A stretch of 59,798 bases of DNA, counting the filler. It is 5 parts of 5 records of this genome, joined end to end, with 100 filler letters (N's around TTAATTAATTAA, not from the genome) between each part and the next. Parts side by side here need not be neighbours in the genome. Positions count along the whole stretch, not along the records: positions 1 to 22,006 come from DRR723986_6637; 4 more parts are not named here. The stretch is one strand, 5' to 3'. Under the pieces are notes generated by a model, which made no database searches, was not told where the DNA came from, and saw nothing but the letters and a program-made list of their open reading frames with translations. Shown in pieces: positions 10,301 to 20,121 of the stretch. Position 1 is the stretch's first letter, and each line of letters begins with the position of its first letter. A program made the position numbers and the translations under genes.

Positions 10301-10765
10301 ACAGCGTTTGAACAGGTCAATTCGAACTTTGCGATGTTGTTCAAGCATCTCTTTGGCGGGGGCGAGGCCAATCTTGTCATGATCGAAAGCGAGGATCCTT
10401 TGGATGCCGGGCTTGAGATCATGTGCCAACCACCTGGTAAGAAACTGTCGACGCTGAGCCTGTTGTCCGGGGGGGAGCAGACACTTACGGCGATGGCGCT
10501 GATTTTTGCGGTATTCCTGGCCAACCCGGCGCCGATTTGTGTGTTGGACGAAGTTGATGCACCGCTGGACGATGCGAATGTGACCCGCTTTTGTGATTTG
10601 TTGGATGAAATGTGCCGCCAGACAGACACCCGTTTCCTGATCATCACGCACCACGCCGTGTCCATGGCGCGCATGGATCGTTTGTTCGGCGTGACGATGC
10701 AGGAACAGGGCGTAAGCCAGTTGGTGTCTGTGGATCTCAAGAAAGCTGCGGCCATGGTGGCCTAA
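7310..10765 (+). CDS. smc: Chromosome segregation protein SMC
   Basis: GFKSF, GPNGCGKSN Walker A, long coiled coils with hinge, LSGGE, VLDEVDAPLD. Confidence 0.97.
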   Translation: MRFSKLRLTGFKSFVDPTDLIIADGLTGVVGPNGCGKSNLLEALRWVMGENRPKAMRGGGMEDVIFAGAATRPARNFAEVTLLMDNSERLAPSGFNDSDNLEIVRRITRDVGSAYKANSKDVRARDIQMLFADASTGAHSPALVRQGQISELINAKPKARRRILEEAAGISGLYQRRHEAELKLKGTETNLTRVDDVLEQLATQLGQLARQARQAARYREIGTQLRQAEGMLLYRRWKEADGVRLASEGALKTCTSQAMQAEVLSRQAAADRVKAEEALPPLREEEAIAAAVLQRLQVQRDALGDQETRARQTIETLSARIAQLGRDIDREAGLNRDAGETIERLEWESRELLKASEGQDARLDEAAEAAREAAEVLQEREGHLSQVTEDVARLAARHQSAQRLVDDHRKTLARSENEEAKARDAVATAVEATTQASVAFETAQEHEEEAIEAAETAEEALAAADELRTETQAMETEARAQRSEAEGEAGAIRAETTALAKLVERDTAEGGQVLDLMRVDAGYEKALGAALADDLRAPLVDADGPSGWVDVSAYETDQPLPEGARPLNQYVSGPDQLGRRIAQIGIVQADQAAALVPRLLPGQRLVSRDGDLWRWDGYRAWAEDAPSAAALRLEQLNRLETLKQELAHVSARAEGTRAAHEALTMRLADVTEADKRARDARRTADQRVAEAARLLSRAEAEKNLSQGRAENLSLAVQRHHEDALTAQLQLREAEIALAGLGALDAARAEVEDVKHAVEAARITMLTHRSTHDEVRREGAARTKRTQEVTKDISGWRHRLETAEKRTAELVERKDSTEEELGEAMQVPGEISEQREELNEQAAGAEQRKADATDALVAAEAVHRETMLTEREAERLASEAREARAAAAARAEAARDMVLGASERIAEEQDLTPDQLLQQLAVAPDQIPSVEDLETEINRHKRQRDSMGAVNLRAEEDAREVREEHDQLEAEKADLEEAVKTLRNGIASLNREGRERLLTAFEQVNSNFAMLFKHLFGGGEANLVMIESEDPLDAGLEIMCQPPGKKLSTLSLLSGGEQTLTAMALIFAVFLANPAPICVLDEVDAPLDDANVTRFCDLLDEMCRQTDTRFLIITHHAVSMARMDRLFGVTMQEQGVSQLVSVDLKKAAAMVA

Positions 10766-10810
10766 GACAAGAGTGTAGCGTTAGAGCCGAAATTCAACTA
10801 AGCTTGTCAA

Positions 10811-11191
10811 ATGCTTGCTGTGTTAATTTCATTTCTCTTGCTGGTTTTGCCGATTTCGGCGGAGGCAGATGAAATGAAGCTTTGGCGTGTTGGGACAGGG
10901 GGGTATGACCTTGTTGCGTCAGAGCCGCACCGCACGTTCTCATTACAATCCTCGCCAACCGACAGCGCAGAGAAAAAGGCCCGTATTTCCTCGTCGGAAT
11001 TGCGTGATCGATTTGGGGTGGGCTTGACGTTTGGCATGATGCAACTGCGGTGGCGCGGTGAGTTGTGTGTCAGCTTGCGAAAGCAGTTCGATAGATGCGA
11101 CCTGACGATAGAACATGATCAGGTGTTGGTGTTTTCGCGTGAGCGGAAAGGACCGTTTCCGGTGCGCATCCAGTTTGGGTTACGTCCTTAA
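10811..11191 (+). CDS. Hypothetical exported protein
   Basis: Signal-peptide-like N-terminus; fills the intergenic space. Confidence 0.5.
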   Translation: MLAVLISFLLLVLPISAEADEMKLWRVGTGGYDLVASEPHRTFSLQSSPTDSAEKKARISSSELRDRFGVGLTFGMMQLRWRGELCVSLRKQFDRCDLTIEHDQVLVFSRERKGPFPVRIQFGLRP

Positions 11192-11258
11192 CGTCTTTCT
11201 CAGGCCAGTCACCGCAACGTGATTCCTATGTGCGTGCTATTCAGGGCATTGTCTTTGA

Positions 11259-11618
11259 ATGAGATTAGCATTTTTGATTTGGCTGTTCAGCGCAACAGCC
11301 GGGATGAGCGCAGAGTGGGCCTTGCGTGCTGGGGATACACCGCTCAGTACAACCGAACTGCAAGACATGGCCGGTCGCACCTTGGTTTTTTATGATGACG
11401 GTCAATCCAAATATTCTGCGGGTGGCTCTTATTCTTATACCTATGCACCGGCGAATGGGGGCGGGACGGCGTTCGGCACTTATCGCATTGCCGAGGATGG
11501 CAGCATTTGCACAGCGTTTCAAAATGGTCTGACGCGCTGTGATCTGTTTGTGCGCAGTGGATCGCGTTTGGTGCTGATCAATGAAAAGGGCGAACGCTAT
11601 CCGGTTCGCCCTGACTGA
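11259..11618 (+). CDS. Hypothetical exported protein (DUF995-like beta-rich)
   Basis: Signal peptide; YSAGGSYSYTY..GTYRIAEDGSICTAFQNGLTRCD pattern. Confidence 0.7.
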   Translation: MRLAFLIWLFSATAGMSAEWALRAGDTPLSTTELQDMAGRTLVFYDDGQSKYSAGGSYSYTYAPANGGGTAFGTYRIAEDGSICTAFQNGLTRCDLFVRSGSRLVLINEKGERYPVRPD

Positions 11619-11621
11619 TCC

Positions 11622-12788
11622 TTAGAGGTTGTTCAGCAACTGTGGCGTCGGCCAAGCGTCGGCGGGCAGACCTAAACGGACCTGTTCGGCCTGCACTGCC
11701 GCACGGGTGCCTGCGCCCAGAATTCCGTCGATTTTGCCCACGTCATGACCACGGGCCTGCAGTTTGCGCTGCAGCTGTTTCATCTGAGCGCCGCTCAGGC
11801 CTGTATCAGGTTTTCCGGCGTTGTAGATTTTCGCACCTTCCAGCCGGTTGGCAAAGTATGCAGCTGTCAGGACGTAAACAAAGCTCTGGTTCCACTCGAA
11901 ATAGACATCAAAGTTGGGGTAGGCGAGAAAGGCAGGGCCTTTGTGCCCTTGTGGTACGATCACCGATGCCTGCAGGCGGGCATCAGCAAGCTGCCCTTGG
12001 CGTGGTTTTACACCCATCGTGGCCCACTCAGACACGCTGCGTTTGGTGGCGATGCCGGTGGCGGACCAGTCAAAGCTTTTCGGCAGAGTCACCTCTTGCA
12101 GCCAGGGTTGTCCGGGTTGCCATCCCAAATGTGACAACATCCGGCCGCCAGACAACAGCGCGTCGGGTGCGGAGGATTTGAGAGAGACCTTGCCATCCCC
12201 GTCGCCATCGGTGCCGTTTTCAAGGATATCTTTTGGCAGCATCTGGACCATGCCGATTTCTCCGGCCCATGCCCCGGTTGTGCGGGCGGGGTCAAAGCTA
12301 CCTTGTTCGTACAGTGTCAGAGCGGCAAAGATCTGAGGGCGGAACAGGTTCGGGCGGCGACAGTCGTGGGCGAGTGTGACCAGTGCGTTTCGGGTGTTAA
12401 AATCCCCTTGAAAGGCGCCATAGTCGGTTTCAAAAGCCCAAAATGCCAACAGCACTCCGCGCGAGATCCCATATTGGGCTTCGATTTTGTCAAACACAGC
12501 ATCGTATTTTTTGGCCATCGAGCGGCCCCGGTCGATCCGGTTTTGCGAAATCAGGCGGCGAGAGAAGTCGATAAAGGGTTTTTGAAAGACACCCTGTGCG
12601 CGGTCCGCATTCAGCACCTTTGGGTCTTGGCGCACCCCTTTGAAAAATTGATCTGTGGCTCCTTTGCCGTGGCCTTTGGCGATGGCCTCAGTCTTGAGGG
12701 ACTGAACAAAACTGCTGAAAGATCCGCCGCATTCAGCGAAGGCCGGTGTGGAAATCAGAAGAGCAAAACAAAGAGGCAAAAGGCGCAT
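11622..12788 (-). CDS. Lytic murein transglycosylase (MltB/SLT_2) with C-terminal PG-binding domain
   Basis: AFWAFETDYG, GAWAGEIGMVQMLP, DGDGDG EF-hand, GKIDGILGAGTRAAV. Confidence 0.93.
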   Translation of the reverse strand: MRLLPLCFALLISTPAFAECGGSFSSFVQSLKTEAIAKGHGKGATDQFFKGVRQDPKVLNADRAQGVFQKPFIDFSRRLISQNRIDRGRSMAKKYDAVFDKIEAQYGISRGVLLAFWAFETDYGAFQGDFNTRNALVTLAHDCRRPNLFRPQIFAALTLYEQGSFDPARTTGAWAGEIGMVQMLPKDILENGTDGDGDGKVSLKSSAPDALLSGGRMLSHLGWQPGQPWLQEVTLPKSFDWSATGIATKRSVSEWATMGVKPRQGQLADARLQASVIVPQGHKGPAFLAYPNFDVYFEWNQSFVYVLTAAYFANRLEGAKIYNAGKPDTGLSGAQMKQLQRKLQARGHDVGKIDGILGAGTRAAVQAEQVRLGLPADAWPTPQLLNNL

Positions 12789-12812
12789 GTGAAAAATTCC
12801 GGAAAGAGTGAC

Positions 12813-13733
12813 TTAGAAAAAGTGGGTGAGGGCGAGCCACAGCATGACCACCCCAAGAGACAGGGCCCAGACCTGCCAGAGCATTCCGATAGCGCGTTCA
12901 ATTTCGCGAGGGCCGATGTCTTGGCGGGCGTTTTCATTGACCCATGCCAAATGGCGAATTTCCCCATGATAGCTGCGTGGACCGGCGAGAGCGACATCCA
13001 ATGCCCGCGCCATCGCCGCCTCGGGCCAGCCTGCATTTGGGGAGATGTGTCGTTGAGCGTCTTCGATGATTTCGATCCATTTGGACCATGTGTTGGACAG
13101 AAGAGCAATCATGATCCCGGTTAAGCGCGCAGGAATGAAATTGAGCAGGTCATCCAAACGGGCAGAGGCCCAGCCGAATTCCAGATACTTCTCGTTGCGG
13201 TAGCCGATCATGCTGTCGGCGGTGTTGATCGCTTTGTAGAATAACAGGCCGGGCAAACCGCCGATCAGGAACCAAAAGGCGGGCGCGATAACGCCGTCAG
13301 ATAGATTTTCCGATGCGCTTTCGATGGCTGAGCGGGCGATTTGCCCTTGGCCCATGTGGCTGGTGTCACGGCTCACGATGCGGGCCAGCATGGCGCGGCC
13401 CTCGGGCAGGGACAGCCGCAGGGTATCCGCGACGTCTTGAACGTGCTGGACCAGCGAGCGCTGAGCCAACAGGATTGCACAAATCAGGATTTCGGCGAGG
13501 GGGCCCAGAAAGGACAACACCCAGCCCAAAAACAACGCGCCGAGGCTGAGCACGAGCGCGGTTGCGACCCCTTTGAGGCGTCGGTTTGATCCTGTGTTCA
13601 AGCGCTTGTCCAACAGGCGAACCGCGTCCCCCATCAGAACGGCGGGGTGGCGCACACGGGACCAGAGCCAGTCAGGTTCGCCCAAAGCCGCATCCAGCAG
13701 CATGGCGAAGGCAAGAAGGAGGGGGGTGCTCAT
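12813..13733 (-). CDS. cbiB: Adenosylcobinamide-phosphate synthase CbiB/CobD
   Basis: [42 protein letters not shown]. Confidence 0.95.
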   Translation of the reverse strand: MSTPLLLAFAMLLDAALGEPDWLWSRVRHPAVLMGDAVRLLDKRLNTGSNRRLKGVATALVLSLGALFLGWVLSFLGPLAEILICAILLAQRSLVQHVQDVADTLRLSLPEGRAMLARIVSRDTSHMGQGQIARSAIESASENLSDGVIAPAFWFLIGGLPGLLFYKAINTADSMIGYRNEKYLEFGWASARLDDLLNFIPARLTGIMIALLSNTWSKWIEIIEDAQRHISPNAGWPEAAMARALDVALAGPRSYHGEIRHLAWVNENARQDIGPREIERAIGMLWQVWALSLGVVMLWLALTHFF

Positions 13734-14704
13734 AACGCCCCCTCAAGACGGCACCAGCCGTGTTCTGGTGGCAGGCCAAGCCGCAAGTAGGTGTCTGAGT
13801 AGGGAAAGGTGCGGCTCCAGATGTGGTGTTGCGCGAGTTTTTCTTGCCACGCAGTGGCGTTGTTCACCGAATAGAGGCGAAACAGATCGGTGCCCCCAGC
13901 AAGAGAAGCGCCGCTAGAGATGAGCAGTTCATCCAAACGGCGGGCATCTTGTGCAAGGCGGGTGCGTGTTTGATTTGCCCACGTGGGGTCGCTCAAGGCC
14001 TGGGTGCCGACGCGCAGGGCTGGTCCAGAGACCGACCATGGCCCTGTCATGTCATTCAAACGTGAAATGAGGTCGGGGCGGGCAATGGCGAACCCAAGGC
14101 GCAGCCCGGCGAGCCCCCAGAATTTTCCAAAGCTCTTGAGGATCACCGTGTTGGGCCGATCTGCAAGGTGGATCAGGGACGCGGTTGGGGTGACGTCACA
14201 AAAGCTTTCGTCGATGATTGTGAACGGGGCGCTGGCATCGGTTTCTTGCCAAAGACGTCCGTCAGGATTATTGGGGTGCACCAGAACACGCGCCTTGGCC
14301 GGGCCGTGCTGTTGTACTTGCCACCCTTGGGCCGTGAAGGCGGCGGCGTGTTCGTTGTAGGTGGGCGGGGTGATTTCGACGGTATCGGTCGCGGTCAGGG
14401 CTGGTATCCGGGCAATCAGGGCAGAGGCACCCGGTGCAGGCAGGATTGATGCACCGTTTGGGACCGACCAGAAAGAACGAGCGGCATCGACCAGCCGTGC
14501 AAAGGCGCCGTGATCAGGCAGCTCCGCCCAATCTGCCGCTGTAAGGCCAGCAACCGGGTAGGGGTGTGGGTTAATCCCGGTCGACAGGTCAATCCAATCG
14601 GAGCGTTGCCCGCCATAGGTTGCCATAGCGCGATCCAACCCGCCGCCGTGGTCACGACGGGCGCGGGGATCAATGTCGTGTGATTCAACGTGTTGCGCAG
14701 TCAT
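13730..14704 (-). CDS. cobC: Threonine-phosphate decarboxylase (CobC/CobD)
   Basis: [41 protein letters not shown]. Confidence 0.92.
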   Translation of the reverse strand: MTAQHVESHDIDPRARRDHGGGLDRAMATYGGQRSDWIDLSTGINPHPYPVAGLTAADWAELPDHGAFARLVDAARSFWSVPNGASILPAPGASALIARIPALTATDTVEITPPTYNEHAAAFTAQGWQVQQHGPAKARVLVHPNNPDGRLWQETDASAPFTIIDESFCDVTPTASLIHLADRPNTVILKSFGKFWGLAGLRLGFAIARPDLISRLNDMTGPWSVSGPALRVGTQALSDPTWANQTRTRLAQDARRLDELLISSGASLAGGTDLFRLYSVNNATAWQEKLAQHHIWSRTFPYSDTYLRLGLPPEHGWCRLEGAL

Positions 14705-14789
14705 GGGGTGATGATCTCCAGCTATACCGTCGGCTTCAAGCGGATTTTCGCCGTTCATACAAGGATTTCCGGCAATAGAATGCAGGTCT

Positions 14790-14815
14790 TTAAGGCGGTT
14801 TTAAGAATTTGTTAA
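14790..14815. promoter_or_regulatory. Tandem CtrA-type boxes TTAA-N7-TTAA-N7-TTAA
   Basis: TTAA GGCGGTT TTAA GAATTTG TTAA; an additional TTAACCAT at 14881-14888. Confidence 0.7.
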
Positions 14816-14877
14816 GTTAATGGGTAGATCACCGTAGGGGGATAGATGGCGCTGCAAATTAACTCACAGAATGTGCT

Positions 14878-15252
14878 ATGTTAACCATGATGAAAGTTCT
14901 GATCGTAGAAAGTAACCCCGATTTAGGTGGGTTGTGGCAACGCCACCTGCAAAGGCAGGGGGCGGATGTGTCGCTTGTGCAAACACAAGAGGCGGCGATT
15001 CTTGCGCTCTATGGGACTGATTTCGAAATAATTGTTTTGGATTTGGTTCTGGCGGATGGCAGTGCCTTAGCGGTTGCGGATTTCGCCAGTTACCGCAGGC
15101 CTGATGCGCGGGTGATCTTTGTCACGAACACAACGTTCTTCTCAGATGGATCGATTTTTGCGCACAGCCCAAATGCCTGCGCTTATGTGCAAAGTGAAAC
15201 GCCGCCAGAAGATCTGGCGGCGATTGTCGAACATTACGCAGCGAGCCGTTAA
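14878..15252 (+). CDS. Single-domain response regulator receiver (atypical; true start likely 14887 or 14890)
   Basis: KVLIVES...IIVLDLVL...VIFVT receiver pattern. Confidence 0.88.
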   Translation: MLTMMKVLIVESNPDLGGLWQRHLQRQGADVSLVQTQEAAILALYGTDFEIIVLDLVLADGSALAVADFASYRRPDARVIFVTNTTFFSDGSIFAHSPNACAYVQSETPPEDLAAIVEHYAASR

Positions 15253-16223
15253 CCTCGCCCATGTGGCTCGTCAAAATCCAGCACTGGATTGATCGGGATG
15301 ATTCGATTCGGGTTAATGCTGTCGTGGCTATAGTGATAGTGGCGCACAATATGGTGCATCCCCACGGTTTCTGAAACACCGGGCCATTGATACAGCTCGC
15401 GGGTGAAGCTCCAGAGATTTGGGTAATCGACAATCCGTTTGCGATTACATTTGAAGTGCTGGTGATACACCATGTCGAACCGGATCAGGGTTGTGAACAG
15501 GCGCCAATCGGCCTCGGTTATCTGATCCCCCATGAGATATCGCGTCTGAGACAGACGCTGTTCAAGCCAGTCGAGGCTGTCAAATAGGGGGACAACACCC
15601 GCATCATAGGCGGCTTGCGTGGTGGCGAACCCACTTTTGTAGACGCCGTTGTTTACGGTGTCATAGACGCGGTTGTTTACCTCTTCGATGGCATCGCGGC
15701 TCTCGGTGGGCCAAAAATCCTGTGTATTGCCAGTGAGACCATCAAAGGCAGAATTGAACATTCGAATGATTTCAGAGCTTTCGTTTGAAACGATGGTGCC
15801 CTGCTGTTTGTCCCAAAGAATCGGAACGGTCACGCGGCCAGTAAACGTGGGGTCCGCTTTGGTATAGATTTGATGGGCATGGGAAAATCCGAACAGGTCA
15901 TCGCCAGTTGCGCCGTGTTCATCCGGTTCAAAGGTCCAGCCTTTGTCCAACATATCCGGGTGGACGACTGAAACTGAAATATGATCGCCTAAATCTTTGA
16001 GCGCACGAAAGATCAAGGTGCGGTGTGCCCAAGGGCAGGCAAGGCTGACGTACAGATGATAGCGCCCGCTTTCCGCGGCGAATCCGCCAACGCCCGAGGG
16101 GCCTGGTCTGCCGTCCGGCGTGATCCAGTTTCGAAACTGTGCTGCGCTGCGTTTGAACGCCCCGCCGTTGGTGAGTGTGTCATACCACTGATCGTGCCAT
16201 TGTCCGTCGATGAGCAATCCCAT
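15249..16223 (-). CDS. Glutathionyl-hydroquinone reductase (YqjG/Xi-class GST)
   Basis: YHLYVSLACPWAHRT, VTVPILWD, NESSEI, NNGVYKSGFA. Confidence 0.93.
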   Translation of the reverse strand: MGLLIDGQWHDQWYDTLTNGGAFKRSAAQFRNWITPDGRPGPSGVGGFAAESGRYHLYVSLACPWAHRTLIFRALKDLGDHISVSVVHPDMLDKGWTFEPDEHGATGDDLFGFSHAHQIYTKADPTFTGRVTVPILWDKQQGTIVSNESSEIIRMFNSAFDGLTGNTQDFWPTESRDAIEEVNNRVYDTVNNGVYKSGFATTQAAYDAGVVPLFDSLDWLEQRLSQTRYLMGDQITEADWRLFTTLIRFDMVYHQHFKCNRKRIVDYPNLWSFTRELYQWPGVSETVGMHHIVRHYHYSHDSINPNRIIPINPVLDFDEPHGRG

Positions 16224-16431
16224 GTGTGCCTCCGTTGCGGGTTTCGGTGAAGGTAAGGCGGCCAAGCGCACGATCCCAGTCCCGTAGGGCGCGCAGCCTG
16301 GGTGCGTAGCTGCACAGCAGCATGAGGATTCTGCGCAACGCCCGGTTTTTGGACCAGATCTGTCACAAAATCTTATCTTGATTTTAGGATACGCTCGCTC
16401 AGTCTAGAGTCGTGCGAACGGAGAATAAAAG

Positions 16432-16782
16432 ATGAGTACCTATATCTCGCAAGATATTCGTGATGCCTTGGATGCAGCGCGGCTGACCAATATGAAAAAG
16501 ATCAGCCGGTTGCGGGTGGTGACCCCGGATGGGGAATATCCGGTGCTGCGCAGTTGGCGCGGCGGGTTCTCTGTTGAAACGGAACAGACACCGCGTTTGC
16601 GGGGCTTGGTCGACATCTATGACGGCTTAGAACATCTGTATCAGTGTCTGGTGGTCGTATCCGAAGAAGATGGCGGCGAGACCAGTTATGAGTTCAAGCG
16701 CAGCACACTGGCCACGACCCAAGCGCCTGCGGACTTTTATCGTGATCCCATGGCGCCTGTGGCTTTGATTGGCGAGGGCTAA
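16432..16782 (+). CDS. Conserved hypothetical protein
   Basis: GGAG RBS; PRLRGLVDIYDG..HLYQCL motif; coding-like composition. Confidence 0.75.
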   Translation: MSTYISQDIRDALDAARLTNMKKISRLRVVTPDGEYPVLRSWRGGFSVETEQTPRLRGLVDIYDGLEHLYQCLVVVSEEDGGETSYEFKRSTLATTQAPADFYRDPMAPVALIGEG

Positions 16783-16785
16783 GCG

Positions 16786-17316
16786 CTAGGGGCGAATCTC
16801 CACTGTTGTCCCGACAGGGGTGATTTGCCAGAGCGTTTTCATCTCTTGATTGCTGATTGCGATACACCCGGCGGTCCAATCGCCGGGCAGGGTTAGGCCA
16901 ACAACGCCGTTGGGCTGGCCATGAATGAAAATGTCGCCTCCGGGATCAATACCAGCTGCTGTGGCGCGGGCGATGTCGGCGGGTAGAGGATAATCTAGCC
17001 CCAAGGACAGATGGAATGCACTGTTCGGATTGCGGCGGTTGATTGTGAATACCCCTTCGGGCGTTTTTCCGTCGCCCTCATGCGATTTATCACCCGTTGG
17101 GGCGAACCCCAACGCAATCGGTAGGGACATCACCGTCTTGCCATTCCGGCTTGCGGTCAGGCGGCGTGCAGATTTTTCGATTAGGATGTGATCGATTTGC
17201 TGGCTGATATCGACAGGTTCAGGGGGCACAGGGCGCGGGCCAAAGCGGTCCCACAAAGCAAATGTGGCACCGACCCCAAGGATCAGTGCCACACCCAAGA
17301 AAAATAGCCGGAGCAT
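16786..17316 (-). CDS. L,D-transpeptidase family protein (YkuD/YafK-like)
   Basis: EGDGKTPEG, IFIHG...WTAGCIA catalytic motif. Confidence 0.9.
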   Translation of the reverse strand: MLRLFFLGVALILGVGATFALWDRFGPRPVPPEPVDISQQIDHILIEKSARRLTASRNGKTVMSLPIALGFAPTGDKSHEGDGKTPEGVFTINRRNPNSAFHLSLGLDYPLPADIARATAAGIDPGGDIFIHGQPNGVVGLTLPGDWTAGCIAISNQEMKTLWQITPVGTTVEIRP

Positions 17317-17320
17317 CGGG

Positions 17321-18493
17321 TTATTGCAGGTCGCCAAAGGCTGCAGTCAGACGTTCACAGGCCTCCTCGATTCGAGCGCGTTGCGTGCCAAGATTAAACC
17401 GCAGGAAGTTTTCGCCCCCGGTGCCAAAAGTGGTGCCGTGGTTGGCCGCAACTTGTGCGGTTTGTTCTACGCGATCTGTAAACTCAGCGCGCTCCATCCC
17501 GGTGTCAGTGAAATCGATCCATGCCAGATAGGTGGATTCGAGTTTCATGGATGACAGACCGGGAATTTTGGCGATAGCAGCATCAAAGACCTGACGGTTC
17601 CCATCCAGATATGCCAGCTGCGCATCGACCCATTCTGCGCCTTCGGGGGAATAGGCTGCTGCAGTTGCGGCTTGGCCAACGGAGTTGGGGGCAACGCTGA
17701 GTGCGGCCATACGCGCGGCAAAACGGGCACGCAGGGCTGGGTCAGGGATGATCACCTGCCCGGTGTGCAAACCTGCGATGTTAAAGGTCTTGGACGGCGC
17801 GGTGAGCATCAGCAGCCGGTCGATGATCGAGGGGTCAACATTTGGCATCGGGATATGGGTGTTGCCGGGATAGACCAGATCGTGGTGAATTTCATCGGAC
17901 AACAGGATCAGATCGTGACGCTTGGCGAAATCAGCGACGCCTTGCAGCTCTTCCCGGGTCCAGACGCGGCCACCTGGGTTATGAGGTGAGCACAGGATGA
18001 CCATTTTTTCCGAGCCGGTCATCATCGCATCATAGGCGTCGAAATCCATTTCATAGCGCCCATCGGTATTGGTCAGCTGGCACTCAACGACTTCACGACC
18101 AGAGGCGCGAATAACCTTTGCAAAGGCGTGATAGACGGGTGTGAACAGAACGACGCCGTCGCCGGGTTGCGTAAAGGTGTCTAGGCATAGGCCCACCCCA
18201 TTCACCAGACCGGTCGTGGTGAAAATCGCATCCTGTTCGATGGTCCAATTGTGACGGGTCTGCATCCACCATTGGATCGCACCTTTGTAGGTGGCGTCCA
18301 GGTTTGTGTAGCCGAACACGCCGTGGTCGGTCATTTCGCGCAGTTTATTCAGCACCGGTGCGGGGGCCTGAAAATCAGTATCGGCAACCCACATGGACAG
18401 GCCGGTGTCGGCGGGGACGCCATAGATAGGTTCCATCATGTCCCATTTTGTGCTGTTGGTGCCGCGGCGGTCGATTGGGTCGTCAAAATTCAT
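17321..18493 (-). CDS. MalY/PatB family PLP-dependent C-S lyase (cystathionine beta-lyase)
   Basis: MWVADTDF, LCSPHNPGG, SDEIHHDL, APSKTFNIAG; true start MNFDD at 18493. Confidence 0.93.
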   Translation of the reverse strand: MNFDDPIDRRGTNSTKWDMMEPIYGVPADTGLSMWVADTDFQAPAPVLNKLREMTDHGVFGYTNLDATYKGAIQWWMQTRHNWTIEQDAIFTTTGLVNGVGLCLDTFTQPGDGVVLFTPVYHAFAKVIRASGREVVECQLTNTDGRYEMDFDAYDAMMTGSEKMVILCSPHNPGGRVWTREELQGVADFAKRHDLILLSDEIHHDLVYPGNTHIPMPNVDPSIIDRLLMLTAPSKTFNIAGLHTGQVIIPDPALRARFAARMAALSVAPNSVGQAATAAAYSPEGAEWVDAQLAYLDGNRQVFDAAIAKIPGLSSMKLESTYLAWIDFTDTGMERAEFTDRVEQTAQVAANHGTTFGTGGENFLRFNLGTQRARIEEACERLTAAFGDLQ

Positions 18494-18602
18494 TGGGTTC
18501 TCCGTCAGATCTGACCATTGGATCGCGGGGCAGGCTACTGTGAATTGCGCCATGTGCAAGGGGGGCGTTGCGATGTGGCGGGCAATGACATAAATCACCC
18601 CT

Positions 18603-19121
18603 ATGAAACGTACTATTCTGATCCATCCCGATCCCCGCCTGAAAAAGGTTTGTGCAGTTGTGCCTGACGTCTCGGACGCGATGCGCGCTTTGGCTGACGA
18701 CATGCTGGAAACGATGTATGACGCGCCAGGCGTTGGTCTGGCCGCGCCGCAAATTGGCGTGATGGAGCGTCTGGTCGTGCTGGATTGTGTCAAAGAAGAT
18801 GGTGAGAAGCCTCGCCCACTGGTGATGTTTAACCCAGAGATTATTTCCTCTTCCGATGAAACGAATGTGTACGAAGAGGGGTGTTTGTCCATTCCTGAGC
18901 AATACGCCGAAGTCACCCGCCCGAAAGAGGTGGAGGTGGCGTGGATGGACCGGGATGGAAATGCACAGCGCGAAGTGTTTGATGGCTTGTGGGCCACGTG
19001 CGCGCAACATGAAATCGACCACTTGGATGGCAAGTTATTCATTGATTATCTGAAACCACTGAAACGGCAGATGATCACGCGCAAGATGCAAAAGCTCAAG
19101 CGCGAGATGGCGCGCGGCTGA
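18603..19121 (+). CDS. def: Peptide deformylase 1 (canonical)
   Basis: GVGLAAPQIG, EGCLS, HEIDH. Confidence 0.96.
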   Translation: MKRTILIHPDPRLKKVCAVVPDVSDAMRALADDMLETMYDAPGVGLAAPQIGVMERLVVLDCVKEDGEKPRPLVMFNPEIISSSDETNVYEEGCLSIPEQYAEVTRPKEVEVAWMDRDGNAQREVFDGLWATCAQHEIDHLDGKLFIDYLKPLKRQMITRKMQKLKREMARG

Positions 19122-19616
19122 ATGGCGGTTCGACCGATCCTTAAGTGGCCTGATCCGCGGCTGAGCACGCGCTGTGAAACGGTGACAGGCGATGTAGATG
19201 CGTTGGTCGCCGATATGTTCGATACGATGTACGCCACGCTGGGGCGCGGCTTGGCAGCCCCACAGATTGGGGTCATGCAGCGTGTGTTTGTGATGGATTG
19301 CGGCTGGAAAGAGGGGGCGCCGTCCCCCATGGCGATGATCAATCCGGTGATTATGGCAGCTGAACGCATCTATGAACTGGGCTGCGAAGGGTGTCTGTCG
19401 ATCCCCGGTGTGCAAGTGTCGGTATCACGCCCCAAAGCGGTGACCGTGCAATGGACTGCGCCCGAGGGCGATATTCACATGGCGGATTTTGATGGGTTCG
19501 AAGCGCGCTGTATCCAGCATGAATTTGACCACCTGAACGGGGTGGTGACCTTTGATCGTCTTGACGCCGGTGCCCGTCGTATCGCCGAGGCGCAGTATCA
19601 GGAGTATACGAAATGA
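19122..19616 (+). CDS. def: Peptide deformylase 2
   Basis: GRGLAAPQIG, EGCLS, HEFDH. Confidence 0.92.
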   Translation: MAVRPILKWPDPRLSTRCETVTGDVDALVADMFDTMYATLGRGLAAPQIGVMQRVFVMDCGWKEGAPSPMAMINPVIMAAERIYELGCEGCLSIPGVQVSVSRPKAVTVQWTAPEGDIHMADFDGFEARCIQHEFDHLNGVVTFDRLDAGARRIAEAQYQEYTK

Positions 19617-20110
19617 CTGTTCGCAAGTGTGTGCCGTGGCCGGATAACCGCCTGCGCTCTAAGGCTGAGCCGGTGGCGGAAATTACCGACGACATCCGTG
19701 CGATTTGGGATGATATGATCGACACGATGGAGGCAATGCCAGGTGTTGGCTTGGCGGCCAATCAGATCGGTGTGATGCTGCGCTTGGCGGTTGTTGATGG
19801 CTCGTCCGAGCGTGGCAAAGCGGTGCGGTTGGCTAACCCTGAAGTTTTGCACGCGTCTATTGAATTGCGCGAGCATGATGAGGCCAGCCCGAACTTGCCG
19901 GGTGTGTCGGCTAAGATCAAACGCCCACGTGCCGTGACGGTTCGGTTCATGAATGAGCAAGGACAGATAGACCGGCGCGATTTTGTCGGCATCGAAGCAA
20001 CGAGTGTGCAACACCAGATCGATCACCTGAATGGGCGGCTCTATTTTGACCGACTGAGCAAGGTGAAGCGGGACATGTTGCTGCGCAAAGCTAAAAAGCT
20101 GAACGGGTAA
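19613..20110 (+). CDS. Peptide deformylase-like protein with degenerate active site
   Basis: [10 protein letters not shown] is kept, but EASPN replaces EGCLS and HQIDH replaces HExxH. Confidence 0.9.
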   Translation: MTVRKCVPWPDNRLRSKAEPVAEITDDIRAIWDDMIDTMEAMPGVGLAANQIGVMLRLAVVDGSSERGKAVRLANPEVLHASIELREHDEASPNLPGVSAKIKRPRAVTVRFMNEQGQIDRRDFVGIEATSVQHQIDHLNGRLYFDRLSKVKRDMLLRKAKKLNG

Positions 20111-20121
20111 GGAACAAGTCA

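Noticed and set aside
7310-10765. SMC as part of a Wadjet/Lamassu-type defence system
   Set aside because: Canonical housekeeping SMC with hinge in a core-gene context; no jet/lmu partners
14705-14790. Cobalamin riboswitch upstream of cobC-cbiB
   Set aside because: No B12-box or other conserved riboswitch elements recognised, and the interval is short
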